Made by a program: the position numbers and the translations under genes. Of a DNA stretch of 64,000 nt, positions 1-9,822 are shown in pieces. The DNA is from Thermoproteota archaeon. Lineage in GTDB: Archaea; Korarchaeota; Korarchaeia; Korarchaeales; Korarchaeaceae. A model generated the notes under the pieces. The model saw only the letters and a program-made list of their open reading frames with translations. It did no database searches and had not been told where the DNA came from. Numbering within the stretch: position 1 is the first letter of the stretch; every line of letters begins with the position of its first letter. The stretch spans positions 1 to 64,000 of the forward strand of contig JAOZGP010000005.1 in assembly GCA_027491735.1 (NCBI GenBank), read 5' to 3'.

Positions 1-405
1 AGCACGAACAAAGGTAGATTGCCTCCGGATATGATAGAGGATATGCGTAGATGCTATAAGGAATGCGAACCCTTCCTGACAACAGTTACAGCTGAGGTTG
101 AGCAGGCAGATGTTGTTAAGCAGGCTAAGATTGAGGCATTGAAAAGTATAGCTAAGACTCTTTTGGGAATTGATCTGTTAGAAGTTAAGATTGCTAAGGA
201 GAAGGAGTTGGGTAAGAAGCTGAGCATAGATGAGGAGATAGAGCTATTTGAAAACGAGATTAAGAAGATTAGGGAGAATCCAGATCCGCAGAGAATAGTT
301 AGAGAAGAGGAATTAGAGAAATACTTAGCTGAGGGGTGGGAGTTTGTCTCTGTACTGCCATCTAGAAGGATATTGATTAAGAAGAATGGGAAGCTTGTCC
401 GATGA
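1..405 (+). CDS. Site-specific (tyrosine) integrase, C-terminal part (5'-partial)
   Basis: Frame is open from base 1 (STNKGRLPPDMIEDMRRCY...QRIVREEELEKYLAEGWEFVSVLP), the typical tail of TACK/Thermoplasmata integrases just after the catalytic Tyr. Confidence 0.65.
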   Translation, partial: STNKGRLPPDMIEDMRRCYKECEPFLTTVTAEVEQADVVKQAKIEALKSIAKTLLGIDLLEVKIAKEKELGKKLSIDEEIELFENEIKKIRENPDPQRIVREEELEKYLAEGWEFVSVLPSRRILIKKNGKLVR

Positions 406-938
406 GTGAGTTTCGAGAGATAAGGAAACGCATTGAGAATTACAGGAGGGGGTTGGAGGAACGTGTAAAGGAGACGTGTATAATAGTTGTTCTCCTAGGA
501 GCTGGTGGTGAGGGACTCAGGAAAAGAAGGAAGATTAGAAGGAAGCTTGAGAAGAATGGAATACTTGGGTTAATACCTGAAGATGATTTCTCTCCTGACG
601 TTGCCCCAAGCGTAACTGAAGAGGCAGTTTTGGAGAGGGCCGACGTCGATTTAATATTTGTAAACGTTGAATCTTGGGGATCAGCCACAGAATTTGCACA
701 GTTCCATGATAAGAAACTCATAGCTCCAAAGCTCAGGGTATTAGTTCCATATAAACATCACCCACTTTACGGGAGTTCCAAAAGCTACTTAACAGACCTA
801 TATCTGACCCACTTAGCAATATACGGGCATGTTTATGCTTATGATGATGAATGGGAAAGCATCTTTCCGACTTCTGAGAAAATTATAGTGACCTTATCTC
901 TCCGATACAGAAGGCTGAAGGCTATAGGTAAAATTTAA
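402..938 (+). CDS. Nucleoside 2-deoxyribosyltransferase-fold protein resembling retron (Ec86/St85) effectors
   Basis: Motifs IIVVLLG...R..L...PED...E...D.IFV.VES.GSATE. Confidence 0.55.
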   Translation: MSEFREIRKRIENYRRGLEERVKETCIIVVLLGAGGEGLRKRRKIRRKLEKNGILGLIPEDDFSPDVAPSVTEEAVLERADVDLIFVNVESWGSATEFAQFHDKKLIAPKLRVLVPYKHHPLYGSSKSYLTDLYLTHLAIYGHVYAYDDEWESIFPTSEKIIVTLSLRYRRLKAIGKI

Positions 939-995
939 TTTTTCAGATAAAAATTTATTTACCTATCTCACAATTAATTAATTGGTGAAACAAGG

Positions 996-1247
996 ATGAA
1001 AGAAACAAAACTAGAGTTTTCAGAAGGAATTGTAATAGCTGAAGCAAATGTTAAATTTCTAGAGGTAGGAAAAGATTTCGATGATACCCTTTTTAGAATT
1101 TCAAGGAGGTTCTTTGGAGCGGGCCTAGCGACTTTAGGTATTGGAGCAATTTATAACGCCATGAAAGAAGAACAAACTGCAGCAGTTATTAAGGGAATAG
1201 TTGGAGTTGTATCGGGACTCATAGGACTGTATTTAATTTTCAGCTAG
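996..1247 (+). CDS. Small membrane protein with two TM segments
   Basis: Two Gly-rich hydrophobic stretches; GGTGA RBS upstream. Confidence 0.6.
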   Translation: MKETKLEFSEGIVIAEANVKFLEVGKDFDDTLFRISRRFFGAGLATLGIGAIYNAMKEEQTAAVIKGIVGVVSGLIGLYLIFS

Positions 1248-1252
1248 AGGGT

Positions 1253-1552
1253 GTGAATATGGAAGAAGCTCGCAGGATGCTAAAAATATACAGGGTGCTA
1301 GATAACGATCACAGGTTAAACATCCTCATCACCTTGTTTAACGAGCCTGATATGGCTTTTAATGATATAGCGAGGGAAACTGGAATAGAAAGAGGGTTGC
1401 TTGCCTATCATCTAGGGCTTCTTAGGCGTGTTGGATTGGTTGAGATGGAGTATGATAGGAGAAGTAAAAAGTCAACTAAATACAGACTGACGGATGAAGG
1501 TGTAAAGATACTCAAGGAGCTTAAATTAGTTAAAGCATACAAAAAAGCTTAA
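1253..1552 (+). CDS. ArsR-family winged HTH regulator
   Basis: RLNILITL...LAYHLGLL...YRLTDEG. Confidence 0.85.
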   Translation: MNMEEARRMLKIYRVLDNDHRLNILITLFNEPDMAFNDIARETGIERGLLAYHLGLLRRVGLVEMEYDRRSKKSTKYRLTDEGVKILKELKLVKAYKKA

Positions 1553-1651
1553 TTATTTCATTTTATTCACATTAAAGAGGGATAAGAGGAGATAATATAT
1601 GAAACATGCTAAATCGATAATTGGTGAGATTAGAGATGAGGAAAGAGGGAA

Positions 1652-2176
1652 TTGCATTACTTGATTTTCTGCATTATTTTTTTCAGGGGCGGAGCCGAAC
1701 AAGCTTTAGAACGCCTAAAACAAAGGAAGATACTTAGTAACGATGAAGCTAATAGGCTTAAAGATGCTATTTTAAGAAATTATCAAATCTGGTATTTAAT
1801 TGACAGTGCAAGGGAAAATTTTAGCTTGAATGTCGATGAAAATTGGGCTTTAGCCTTGATCTCTTCAGTTTTGATCGAGAATATCGTGAAAAAATCTCTT
1901 CTTGAATTCGAAGCTACTCCAACACGGAGTTTTGAAGAAAATGCAAAGAAACTGTATAAAATACTTGAAGAGCAAGATATATTAACAGATTTACAGAAAA
2001 AAGTAAGATTTGATCTGCATGAACTTAGTGAGGCATGGAGCAGTAGAAAAATTCTAGCGCATGAAGTTTATAATTATCCTATAACTCCGCAATCAGCGCA
2101 AAGAGCTTATGAACGTGCATTAAGCATGTTAGGGTATTTTCTTTTATCAAGAATCTTAAGCGAAAAATATTTGTGA
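1652..2176 (+). CDS. HEPN-like protein (start uncertain)
   Basis: Helical protein with Rx4H motif RKILAH and an upstream Glu (LIEN). Confidence 0.5.
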   Translation: MHYLIFCIIFFRGGAEQALERLKQRKILSNDEANRLKDAILRNYQIWYLIDSARENFSLNVDENWALALISSVLIENIVKKSLLEFEATPTRSFEENAKKLYKILEEQDILTDLQKKVRFDLHELSEAWSSRKILAHEVYNYPITPQSAQRAYERALSMLGYFLLSRILSEKYL

Positions 2177-2406
2177 TAGACTGGTCAGAACCGTCTTCTC
2201 CCTTAACGGGGAATAGAGTAATTGTAATTGGTGATAAAGCCTATGCTATGGGCGAGCCTTATGATTCTTGGGTTAAAGAAAAGAGAATTCGAATAGAGAG
2301 AAGACTCTCAACCGAAGATTTTCTCGCATATTTAGAGTCTATAGGGGTTCAATATACTAACCAACAACCTCCATCAATTAAATGGCTAGAGGGAAAACTA
2401 AAATAA
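2173..2406 (+). CDS. Hypothetical protein
   Basis: GTGA overlap with the preceding gene. Confidence 0.45.
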   Translation: MIDWSEPSSPLTGNRVIVIGDKAYAMGEPYDSWVKEKRIRIERRLSTEDFLAYLESIGVQYTNQQPPSIKWLEGKLK

Positions 2407-2525
2407 TTTTTATTTTTCTTAGGCAATTTAAGGAAATTGGATGTTGTTCATGCCGCTTAGTGTAAGTCCAGAAGAGAAAAGATTAGCATATATATTTATT
2501 GATACTACAAATAGGGGGATAATTA

Positions 2526-3112
2526 TGAAAATAGGTGTTCCTAAGACGCCAGAACTTATTGAAATATTAGAATTGATAGATAAGGGTGAATTGAGAATCC
2601 CTGAGTTTCAGAGGGATTTTAGATGGGAAATAAATGATATATGCGAACTTATAGGTTCATTATTGAGTGGTTACCCGGCTGGAGTGTTATTGTTTTGGGG
2701 TATATCTGAAAGGAGGGACAGGTTACCGAGTAGATTAGTAGAAGGGGTTGACGAAAGACGTGCAAATCCAGTTAAACTTCTGATACTAGATGGTCAACAA
2801 AGACTCACGTCCCTTTATCAACTCTTTTATAGAGAATTTGTTGAATTAAGAGGTGGAAGGAAACATATATTTTTCCTTAATCTAGATAAGATTAAGAGTG
2901 GTGAACTATATGATGCTACAGAATATTTTAGTTTAAGAGATTATAGGAGGAAAGGACTTGATAAAAGAGCTAAGCAGTATGAAAGGGATCTTTTGCCTTT
3001 TAATATCCTTTTAAAGGAAAAGGAATTGCGGGACTGGTTCCGCGGATACGTAAGATATCAACTTTCAAAGAGAGAAAAAGACTCTAACACAGATTCTAGA
3101 TCAACTGCTTAG
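2526..3112 (+). pseudogene. Truncated DUF262 (GmrSD N-terminal ParB/Srx-like) protein
   Basis: IPEFQRDFRW and ILDGQQRLTSL motifs; ends abruptly at ~3080 where Cdc6-like sequence begins. Confidence 0.8.
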
Positions 3113-3862
3113 GCAGGTTGAGATGCCTGTAGCAGATTCCAAACTTTCAGTCAAGCTATCTGCATTAGAGAGAGAAAGATTAACCGTAAACCCTGTGTAA
3201 TCGCATTAGATGAAGTGGATAAGCTAAGGAGAAGGGAGTTGAACGATATACTATACGCATTAAAGAGTTTAGGTAAGATTGGATTAATCTGTATATCAAA
3301 TACTCGACGATATTTTCTAACATTAGATCCAAGGATTACCTCTAGACTAAGCTTCAAATCAATCCACTTCCCACCATACTCAAACGAAGAGTTATACATA
3401 ATATTAAAGCAAAGAATCGAATGTAGAGCATTGTATCCAAACACATGTTCTAAGAAAACTTTAGAGCTTATAGCTGATTTAGCAGCTGGGGATGCAAGGA
3501 TAGCGATACAGACTCTTAGAAACGCGGCATATATAGCTGAAGAACAAGATAAGCATAGAATTACTAGCGAGGATATCGAGAAAGCGTATGAAGAGGTGAG
3601 GGAGTTAAAAAGGAAGTATACGCTAGAGAAGTTAGGAGAACACTATAAGTTAATCTATCAAGTTATTAAGGAGAATCCGGGTATAACTTCGGGAAAACTA
3701 TATCAAGCTTATAAGAGGATCTGTAGAAAAGAAGGGTTAGAGTCTAAATCTCGAAGGACATTAAACAACTATATAGATAAGCTTATGGCTTTAAAGTATG
3801 TTAAAAGTGAGAGGGCAAGTATTAGAGGGAATGTTAGAACATTTTCAGTTAATTTTAATTGA
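3081..3862 (+). pseudogene. Cdc6/Orc1 replication initiator, N-terminally truncated and frameshifted
   Basis: Walker B IALDEVD, LDPRITSRL, FPPYS, GDAR, C-terminal wHTH; no Walker A; (AG)n frameshift at ~3167-3176. Confidence 0.85.
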
Positions 3863-3927
3863 TGTATTTGAATAGATTTTTATAGGTTATTGACATGGAT
3901 ACATATGTTTACTTGATGGATAGGTTT

Positions 3928-4224
3928 TTATGTTTTTTGAATTTTAGAATATCTGTTATAAACTCTATAGGCAGCGTCTTCCATACTTTCTCTCAGTTCT
4001 TTAAGATTAACTATTCTTCTAGCAGCCATTTCTAAAGCCGATTCTTCAAGAAAATTATCAAGCATACCCGTTAAGCCTGATGCTGCAACAACTCCAACAA
4101 CACTCTCACCTATCCTTAGCTCATGAATTTTCTTTTCTTCAAGAGCCTCTGGACCACGAACTATGCGTCTATCGCTGGCAATAATAATCCCGTCTTTACA
4201 TACCAAGCCTATTATACAGGTCAA
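3928..4224 (-). pseudogene. Proteasome-subunit-like Ntn hydrolase, C-terminally truncated
   Basis: MTCIIGLVCKDGIIIASDRR...KIH...ASG; only 98 aa. Confidence 0.65.
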
Positions 4225-5138
4225 CCCTATCCCTCCTTACGTCATTTTCGGCATATCGATTAAGAACCTCCTCAACTATCGAAATTACGCGTCACTATAT
4301 AAATTTTATCCGTTTTTTATAGAAACTGTCAATTTTAAGACCAGAGACTTGCACCAAGTAAGTCCAGGCACCACTTAATTCACATGATTAAAAAGGTATT
4401 CACTTAATTTATTTAATTGTATACCGGGCCCGCTACCGCGTTTAACTCTGCATGCATAATTCACCAAAAAGGACCGAATGTATGTCTAGTATGAGAAAGA
4501 TAGCTCAAAACTTTGGCAGATTCATCAAATCGAAGATGAACTACAGCATCATCGAATTGGTTGGTACTAGAAAGGAGAGCTTAGTTAAGGATGTTCTCGA
4601 TTATTTTGGAGATGAAGCATTGTTTGTCGTCACTTTAAAGGGATACGAAGAAAATTCTCAGAGATAAGCTACCGAATTCTGTATTATACACCCTATCCGA
4701 GAAATACTTTTAGCTGAGGCTTAGCGTGAAGACTATGCAGAATTTAAAACTTGTAAAGCGAATTGTAAATGAATTATCCACTGAGATAAAGAGAACTAAT
4801 CTCAGAACGGTTATAATCTATAGGGCAAATGACCTACCTCTAGTCATATTTGGGTGGGTCAGAATATCGTTGAAGAGGAGTTCTGGAGGGTTGCTTACGA
4901 TGGATTTGAGAAATCCGGATGCAAAGTTCTTTTTCGTCTACGAGAAGACAGAGAACAAACCGGATATATTGTCCCAGTTTGCCGATGAGATAATAACAAT
5001 GAGTCATCCACCTCAAATATGGAGAATGTTAAATGAGCAATTTTTTCCACATTCTCGTTCGGGGCAATTGCAGACATGGCCCCGAATCTCGTCAGACCAG
5101 TCCACACTTTCCTCACAGGTGAGATATGTAAAAGGAGA

Positions 5139-5212
5139 CAGCCCCGGCCGGATTCGAACCGGCGTCCCCGGGTCCAAAGCCCGGGATGCTTGGCCAGCTA
5201 CACCACGGGGCT
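5139..5212 (-). tRNA. tRNA-Gln(TTG)
   Basis: Cloverleaf AGCCCCG...anticodon loop CTTTGGA...GGTTCGAATCC...CGGGGCT; A1-U72. Confidence 0.95.
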
Positions 5213-5431
5213 ACCTCAGAGGACATGGAGGAATAGCACACCTAAAAAAGTTGCTCGGTGAGGATGAATGCCGGAGTAAATTTCACATCCCCGTTCGAAC
5301 CCTTAGCTCGATGGGTTTTAAAGTGCTCGAAAAGGAGTGCGAGATAGAAACTTCATATAGAAGTAGATCCTGATTTTTAACACCTTTTTCAACTAGAGGG
5401 GTGAGAATTAGCCTATCTTTGGCTCAGAATA

Positions 5432-5519
5432 TGGTGCGGGGGGTGGGATTTGAACCCACGAACCCCTAAGGGACGAGGTCCTAAGCCTCGCGCCTTTGAC
5501 CTGGCTTGGCTACCCCCGC
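5432..5519 (-). tRNA. tRNA-Leu(TAG), CCA encoded
   Basis: GCGGGGG...CTTAGGA anticodon loop, long variable arm, GGTTCAAATCC, ends ACCA. Confidence 0.95.
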
Positions 5520-5554
5520 CATGAGGAAGATCGTTCACTTGAGGTATTAGAATT

Positions 5555-6565
5555 TTACTTCAGGATTTGCGATACAACCTCAGGCACATCCTTGACGCTG
5601 TGGATCGTGTAGCATTTCCCTCCTCCTAATCTAGCTAGCCTGACACATGACATAGGAGCATCTCCCCTGGATACGCTTACCACATTAAGATTATTCATCT
5701 TTTTGGCAATATCTGATGGATCCCCACCCACGTTGTATTTTCCATCTGTCACCAGAATGTATTTGACATTTTTATAATCTTTAGCTTGGTGTTTCGCCAG
5801 GAGGAGTGCCTCCCTCATGTTCGTATAACCCATGGGTACTACGTCCAGTATCCTCTCGACCAGATGGGTGGAACTCGACCTGCGACCGAGGGGATGTAAT
5901 ATCTCTGCCTTAGAGTTGAAGAGGATCACGGAGTAATCGCTACCTCTCAATAGGTAAGCTACCGCTGCTGTGAGGACGGAGGCTATAGCCATCTTCTTTC
6001 CACTCATTGATCCACTGGAGTCCAGCAGCAGAACTGCCCTCTTTTTCTCTCTTCTCCTTTCAAGAGCCACTATGTCTTCGTAGGTTATCTCATCTAATCT
6101 TTTGGATTTTGAGAGAAGGGCCTCTATTGTTTCCTCAATGTCGAAGTCCAAACCAGGGGCGTAGTCCACCTTTGTTGGAGCTCCATGATCGGACATTGTC
6201 CTGAATGCGTTTGAGATCAGGCCAGCAGCCTGCCTCACTAAAAGTTTGCTCAACACTGAACGGAACAATCTTCTCGTCCTGAGGTTGAGGGACCAGCGTA
6301 CCATGCAGTACAGATGAACCCCTTCCTCTGGATTCAATGAAATCGCTTTAAAAAGCTCATCAGGAAGCCCTTCATGAAGCGAAAGTTGTTTTGCTACTAG
6401 ATCGCTGCTTATCTCCGCTAGAGAGATCAGCATACCTAGATTTCCAGAGCTCAGAGCTATGTTTATAGCTGTGGACAGGAGCTCGTAGTCCACAACGTCC
6501 ATGTGGCTCATCAGGGAGTTAAGGAGATAAGTCGTATCGCTGTGCGAACGAGGTGGTTCAGTCAT
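5555..6565 (-). CDS. VWA domain protein (MoxR partner)
   Basis: MIDAS DSSGSM, T and TDG motifs; ATGA overlap with the MoxR stop. Confidence 0.9.
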   Translation of the reverse strand: MTEPPRSHSDTTYLLNSLMSHMDVVDYELLSTAINIALSSGNLGMLISLAEISSDLVAKQLSLHEGLPDELFKAISLNPEEGVHLYCMVRWSLNLRTRRLFRSVLSKLLVRQAAGLISNAFRTMSDHGAPTKVDYAPGLDFDIEETIEALLSKSKRLDEITYEDIVALERRREKKRAVLLLDSSGSMSGKKMAIASVLTAAVAYLLRGSDYSVILFNSKAEILHPLGRRSSSTHLVERILDVVPMGYTNMREALLLAKHQAKDYKNVKYILVTDGKYNVGGDPSDIAKKMNNLNVVSVSRGDAPMSCVRLARLGGGKCYTIHSVKDVPEVVSQILK

Positions 6566-7518
6566 TGGGGGACCTTTTGTTTCCCCCTCAGCCTGGGAAA
6601 ATCCTCTGATTCGGATCCTTTGAGAACCCTGTCGACTATCCTTCTTATCACCTCGTCCTCTGAGAGAGGCGCCCCCTCTCGAATTTCTATCCTCTTGGGA
6701 AGGACCATCTGAGCCAGAGAGTACCAATCCACATCTCCTGACGAGCTCATGGATTTAGCTATGGTAGCCATGTCTATGGCAGACCTGACAGAGGCTCCCC
6801 GCCTCACAGCCGGGTCCACACGGGTCTCTCTACAGATCATCACAGAGATCCTTGTTAATTTCGTTGGTGCACCGCTTCTGAGCTTCACTATCTCGAGCTC
6901 TTCTTCTAACGATTGGTAATCAAGTTTTATCAGAACAAAACGGTCTTTTAGGGCTTCAGAAAGCCTAGTAACCCCAACACTTTCCTCAGGATTCTGCGTC
7001 GCTATTATCATAAAGCCATCTCTCGCTTTTATTGTTCCTAGGCGAGGCACCGTTATTATCCCCTCGTCCATGATCGGAAGCAAGGCGTTCTGAGCGGAGT
7101 CAGGCATCCTGTTAAGCTCGTTTATGAAGAGAACAGCTCCTCGCTTAGCGGCCAGCATAAGAGGCCCTTCTATGAAGGCTTCCTCGATGTAACCCGTTTT
7201 AAGAACCTTGGGGGGGTCCCAATAGCCTATTAGCTTATTCTCGTTGAATCTCTCGTCGCCATCCACTCTGATGAACTCGCGCGAGAGGTAATCTGAAATA
7301 GCCCTAGCTAACAGAGTCTTTCCGACTCCCACCGGACCCTCCAGGAGTATATGCCTCTTGGATAGGGCCGCTAGGAGCATGAGACGGAGCTCTCTATCCC
7401 TCCCCACTATTTGATGCTTTCTCTTTATTCTGTTGATGGCTTTATCGAGGTCTGGGATGGAGCCGATCAATACCAACGCACCATGTTCTCTTAGGGGGGA
7501 GGGGAATAAAAAGGTCAT
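6562..7518 (-). CDS. MoxR-family AAA+ ATPase
   Basis: GPVGVGKT, INELNR, ATQNP, LSEALKDRF. Confidence 0.92.
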   Translation of the reverse strand: MTFLFPSPLREHGALVLIGSIPDLDKAINRIKRKHQIVGRDRELRLMLLAALSKRHILLEGPVGVGKTLLARAISDYLSREFIRVDGDERFNENKLIGYWDPPKVLKTGYIEEAFIEGPLMLAAKRGAVLFINELNRMPDSAQNALLPIMDEGIITVPRLGTIKARDGFMIIATQNPEESVGVTRLSEALKDRFVLIKLDYQSLEEELEIVKLRSGAPTKLTRISVMICRETRVDPAVRRGASVRSAIDMATIAKSMSSSGDVDWYSLAQMVLPKRIEIREGAPLSEDEVIRRIVDRVLKGSESEDFPRLRGKQKVPQ

Positions 7519-8192
7519 CTAGGCCTGTCTGGTGCTTCGCTCCATATCCTGTATCCAGAGCTTGTTCCTAACCTGTGGGCTCCTGCCTTTATAAGCTCTA
7601 GGGCCTGCTCATAGGTCCTGATTCCTCCAGCGGCCTTTATTTTCAGTGACCCTCCGGAGATCTCCTTGAGCAGGAGAACGTCCTCCTTGATAACGGGCCT
7701 AACGTTGAACCCGGTCGACGTCTTAACGAAGGAGGCTCCTCCTTCCAGGACAGCTTTACACGCAAGCTCAGCCTCCTGCCTGGTGAGGAGCGGCAGCTCT
7801 ATTATCACTTTAACGTTTTCGATCCCCCTGGCTACTCTCACCACCTCTTTGATCTCCCTGACAACGAAGCTATACTTTCCCTCCTTAAGTGCGCCCAGAT
7901 TTATCACCATATCCAGCTCGTCAGCACCACGTTCCACTGCCTTCTTGGCCTCCAGCACCTTAGTCTCGATAAAGGTAGCTCCGAGTGGAAAGCCCACCAC
8001 ACAGGACACGAGAACATCTGAATCCCTTAGGAGCTTCTTAGCGTATTGAACGTGACAAGGGTTAACGCACACCGAGTAAAAACCTGCTTTCTTCGCTTCC
8101 ATCACTAGCAAGGAGATATCATCTGATGTTGCCTGAGGGCGGAGATTGGTGTGATCTATGTACTTGGCCAGCTGTTTTTTAGTCAGCTCCAC
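7515..8192 (-). CDS. deoC: Deoxyribose-phosphate aldolase
   Basis: IDHTNL, VGFPLG, FVKTSTGF, KAAGGIR. Confidence 0.95.
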   Translation of the reverse strand: MELTKKQLAKYIDHTNLRPQATSDDISLLVMEAKKAGFYSVCVNPCHVQYAKKLLRDSDVLVSCVVGFPLGATFIETKVLEAKKAVERGADELDMVINLGALKEGKYSFVVREIKEVVRVARGIENVKVIIELPLLTRQEAELACKAVLEGGASFVKTSTGFNVRPVIKEDVLLLKEISGGSLKIKAAGGIRTYEQALELIKAGAHRLGTSSGYRIWSEAPDRPR

Positions 8193-8763
8193 CTGAACCA
8201 CCCCCAAGGCGGTAGACGATATATCTGCTAACCAGGTCGAAAACCTCATCTTCGTCTAGATGAGTCGTGTCTATCACTAGATTGAACACCGTGAGATCAT
8301 CACCGAGTTTGAAGCCATAAAGTCTTCTGTATTGATCTTTAGATGATTTATCCTTCTTCTTTATCGCTTTTTTGGCATCCTTAAAAGTGATCCCATCTCT
8401 TAAAGATACTCTACGAGCTCTTTCGTCTAGATCTGCCTTGAGATATATCTTTATGGCGTCTCCCCTATTGTATAGATAGGCAGCAGTCCAAGAGTCCACC
8501 ACCACGTCGTTTTCGTCCTGGAGCACGTTTAAGAGGAAATTGTCCACCTTCCTATCGAAGTCCTCGTTGAGAGATCTCTTTTGAAAAGCCTCTTCTCCTC
8601 TCTCTGACTCCCACCAACCTCTTTCTTCTAAGGATCCCTCTCCAGCTATAAGTTTTCTTAGAAGGTCTCCTCCCGAGAAATACTTAAGGTTAAACTCTTT
8701 GGCAAGCCTCTTAGCGAGGGTGCTCTTACCAGATCCAGTAAAACCTGTTACTATGATTTTCAT
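8179..8763 (-). CDS. cmk: Cytidylate kinase
   Basis: GFTGSGKST; archaeal Cmk pattern (DRKVD, RDG, RRLYG, IDT). Confidence 0.88.
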   Translation of the reverse strand: MKIIVTGFTGSGKSTLAKRLAKEFNLKYFSGGDLLRKLIAGEGSLEERGWWESERGEEAFQKRSLNEDFDRKVDNFLLNVLQDENDVVVDSWTAAYLYNRGDAIKIYLKADLDERARRVSLRDGITFKDAKKAIKKKDKSSKDQYRRLYGFKLGDDLTVFNLVIDTTHLDEDEVFDLVSRYIVYRLGGGSGGAD

Positions 8764-8766
8764 CTG

Positions 8767-9753
8767 TTAACACCCATTCAGATCGATCAACGGCCAGACT
8801 AGGTCGTCCAGTCGCCACGTTGACCTTATGTGGCTGGCCTCGATATCAACATGTTCCCCTCTCTGATGAGCCAGTATAGCGGTCCAAGCTATCATAGCTC
8901 CATTATCTCTGGCAAGAGAGGGAGGGGGGGTTGAGAACTTAACCCCTCGATCTTCACACATGATCTTAAGCTTTTCTCTGAGTTTAGGAGAAGCGGCCAC
9001 TCCCCCAACGAGCATGAGCTCTTTCTTCCTCGTGTGAGCCAATGCTCTCTCGGAGACCTCAGTTATCATTGAGAGGCAAACCTCCATGAAGCTCCATACT
9101 ACGTCCTCCACCCTTTCTCCCCTACCTATGCGCCTCTCAGCCTCCGTGACAATGCCGCTGAACGCCAGATCCATTCCCTTGACGGTATATGGTAGATCTA
9201 TCCACCGACCTTCTATCCTATCCATGTGTGGACCTGCTGGGAACGGGAGACCTATGATCCTCCCCAACTTCTCTTGAGCGTTTCCAAAGCCGATATCCAG
9301 AGTCTCCCCGAGAACGCAATATCTGTCTTCCACATGAGCTATTATCTGTGTGTTCCCTCCCGAGATGTATACGATTAGAGGATCTATAGCTCCAGTAACG
9401 AGCCTGCCTATCTCTATATGGGCTATAGGGTGGTTCACTCCGACCAAGGGAACCTTTAGCACCTGCGAGATCATCCTAGCGATGGCTCCTCCGATAGCCA
9501 GTGCTTGACCTATTCCTGGGCCTTGAGAGAACCCTACTAAGTCTATATCGCTTTTGGAGATCTGAGCTTCCTTAAATGCTGATCTTACAACTCTTGGAGC
9601 AACTTTTGAATGATGCTCCGCAAGATCGAAGGGTCTCATGCCTCCCTTCACAGAGACGTAGCTATCGGAGACGTTTGCCAGTATGTTCCCATCGGATGAT
9701 ACGATTCCGACCCCGAAGGTGTGGGCGGTTGATTCTATCCCCAGAGCTATCAT
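8767..9753 (-). CDS. kae1: KEOPS t6A N6-threonylcarbamoyltransferase Kae1
   Basis: GIESTAHT, VNHPIAHIE, SGGNTQ, DNGAMIAW. Confidence 0.95.
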   Translation of the reverse strand: MIALGIESTAHTFGVGIVSSDGNILANVSDSYVSVKGGMRPFDLAEHHSKVAPRVVRSAFKEAQISKSDIDLVGFSQGPGIGQALAIGGAIARMISQVLKVPLVGVNHPIAHIEIGRLVTGAIDPLIVYISGGNTQIIAHVEDRYCVLGETLDIGFGNAQEKLGRIIGLPFPAGPHMDRIEGRWIDLPYTVKGMDLAFSGIVTEAERRIGRGERVEDVVWSFMEVCLSMITEVSERALAHTRKKELMLVGGVAASPKLREKLKIMCEDRGVKFSTPPPSLARDNGAMIAWTAILAHQRGEHVDIEASHIRSTWRLDDLVWPLIDLNGC

Positions 9754-9822
9754 CGCTCCACGACAGATATTGCCTGAGAGGTTATTTTTTAACTTCCCTA
9801 AGGCCCTGAAGAGGGGGACAAA

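Larger units (their letters stand above)
1..4440. mobile_element. Decaying integrated element (integrase + Cdc6/Orc1 + defence-like cargo); left part lies outside the window
   Basis: Clearly AT-richer than the rest of the window; integrase C-terminus, Cdc6 fragment, DUF262, HEPN-like and NDT-like genes, several truncated; adjacent to tRNA genes. Confidence 0.75.

Noticed and set aside
5285-5320. tRNA-like GTTCGAACCC between the two tRNAs
   Set aside because: No cloverleaf or acceptor stem could be built
4452-5373. ORFs 4452-4667 and 4726-5373 as intact genes
   Set aside because: The longer ORF runs through tRNA-Gln on the opposite strand. At most these are degraded RecA/KaiC-like fragments (ILSQFADEII), too weak to call.
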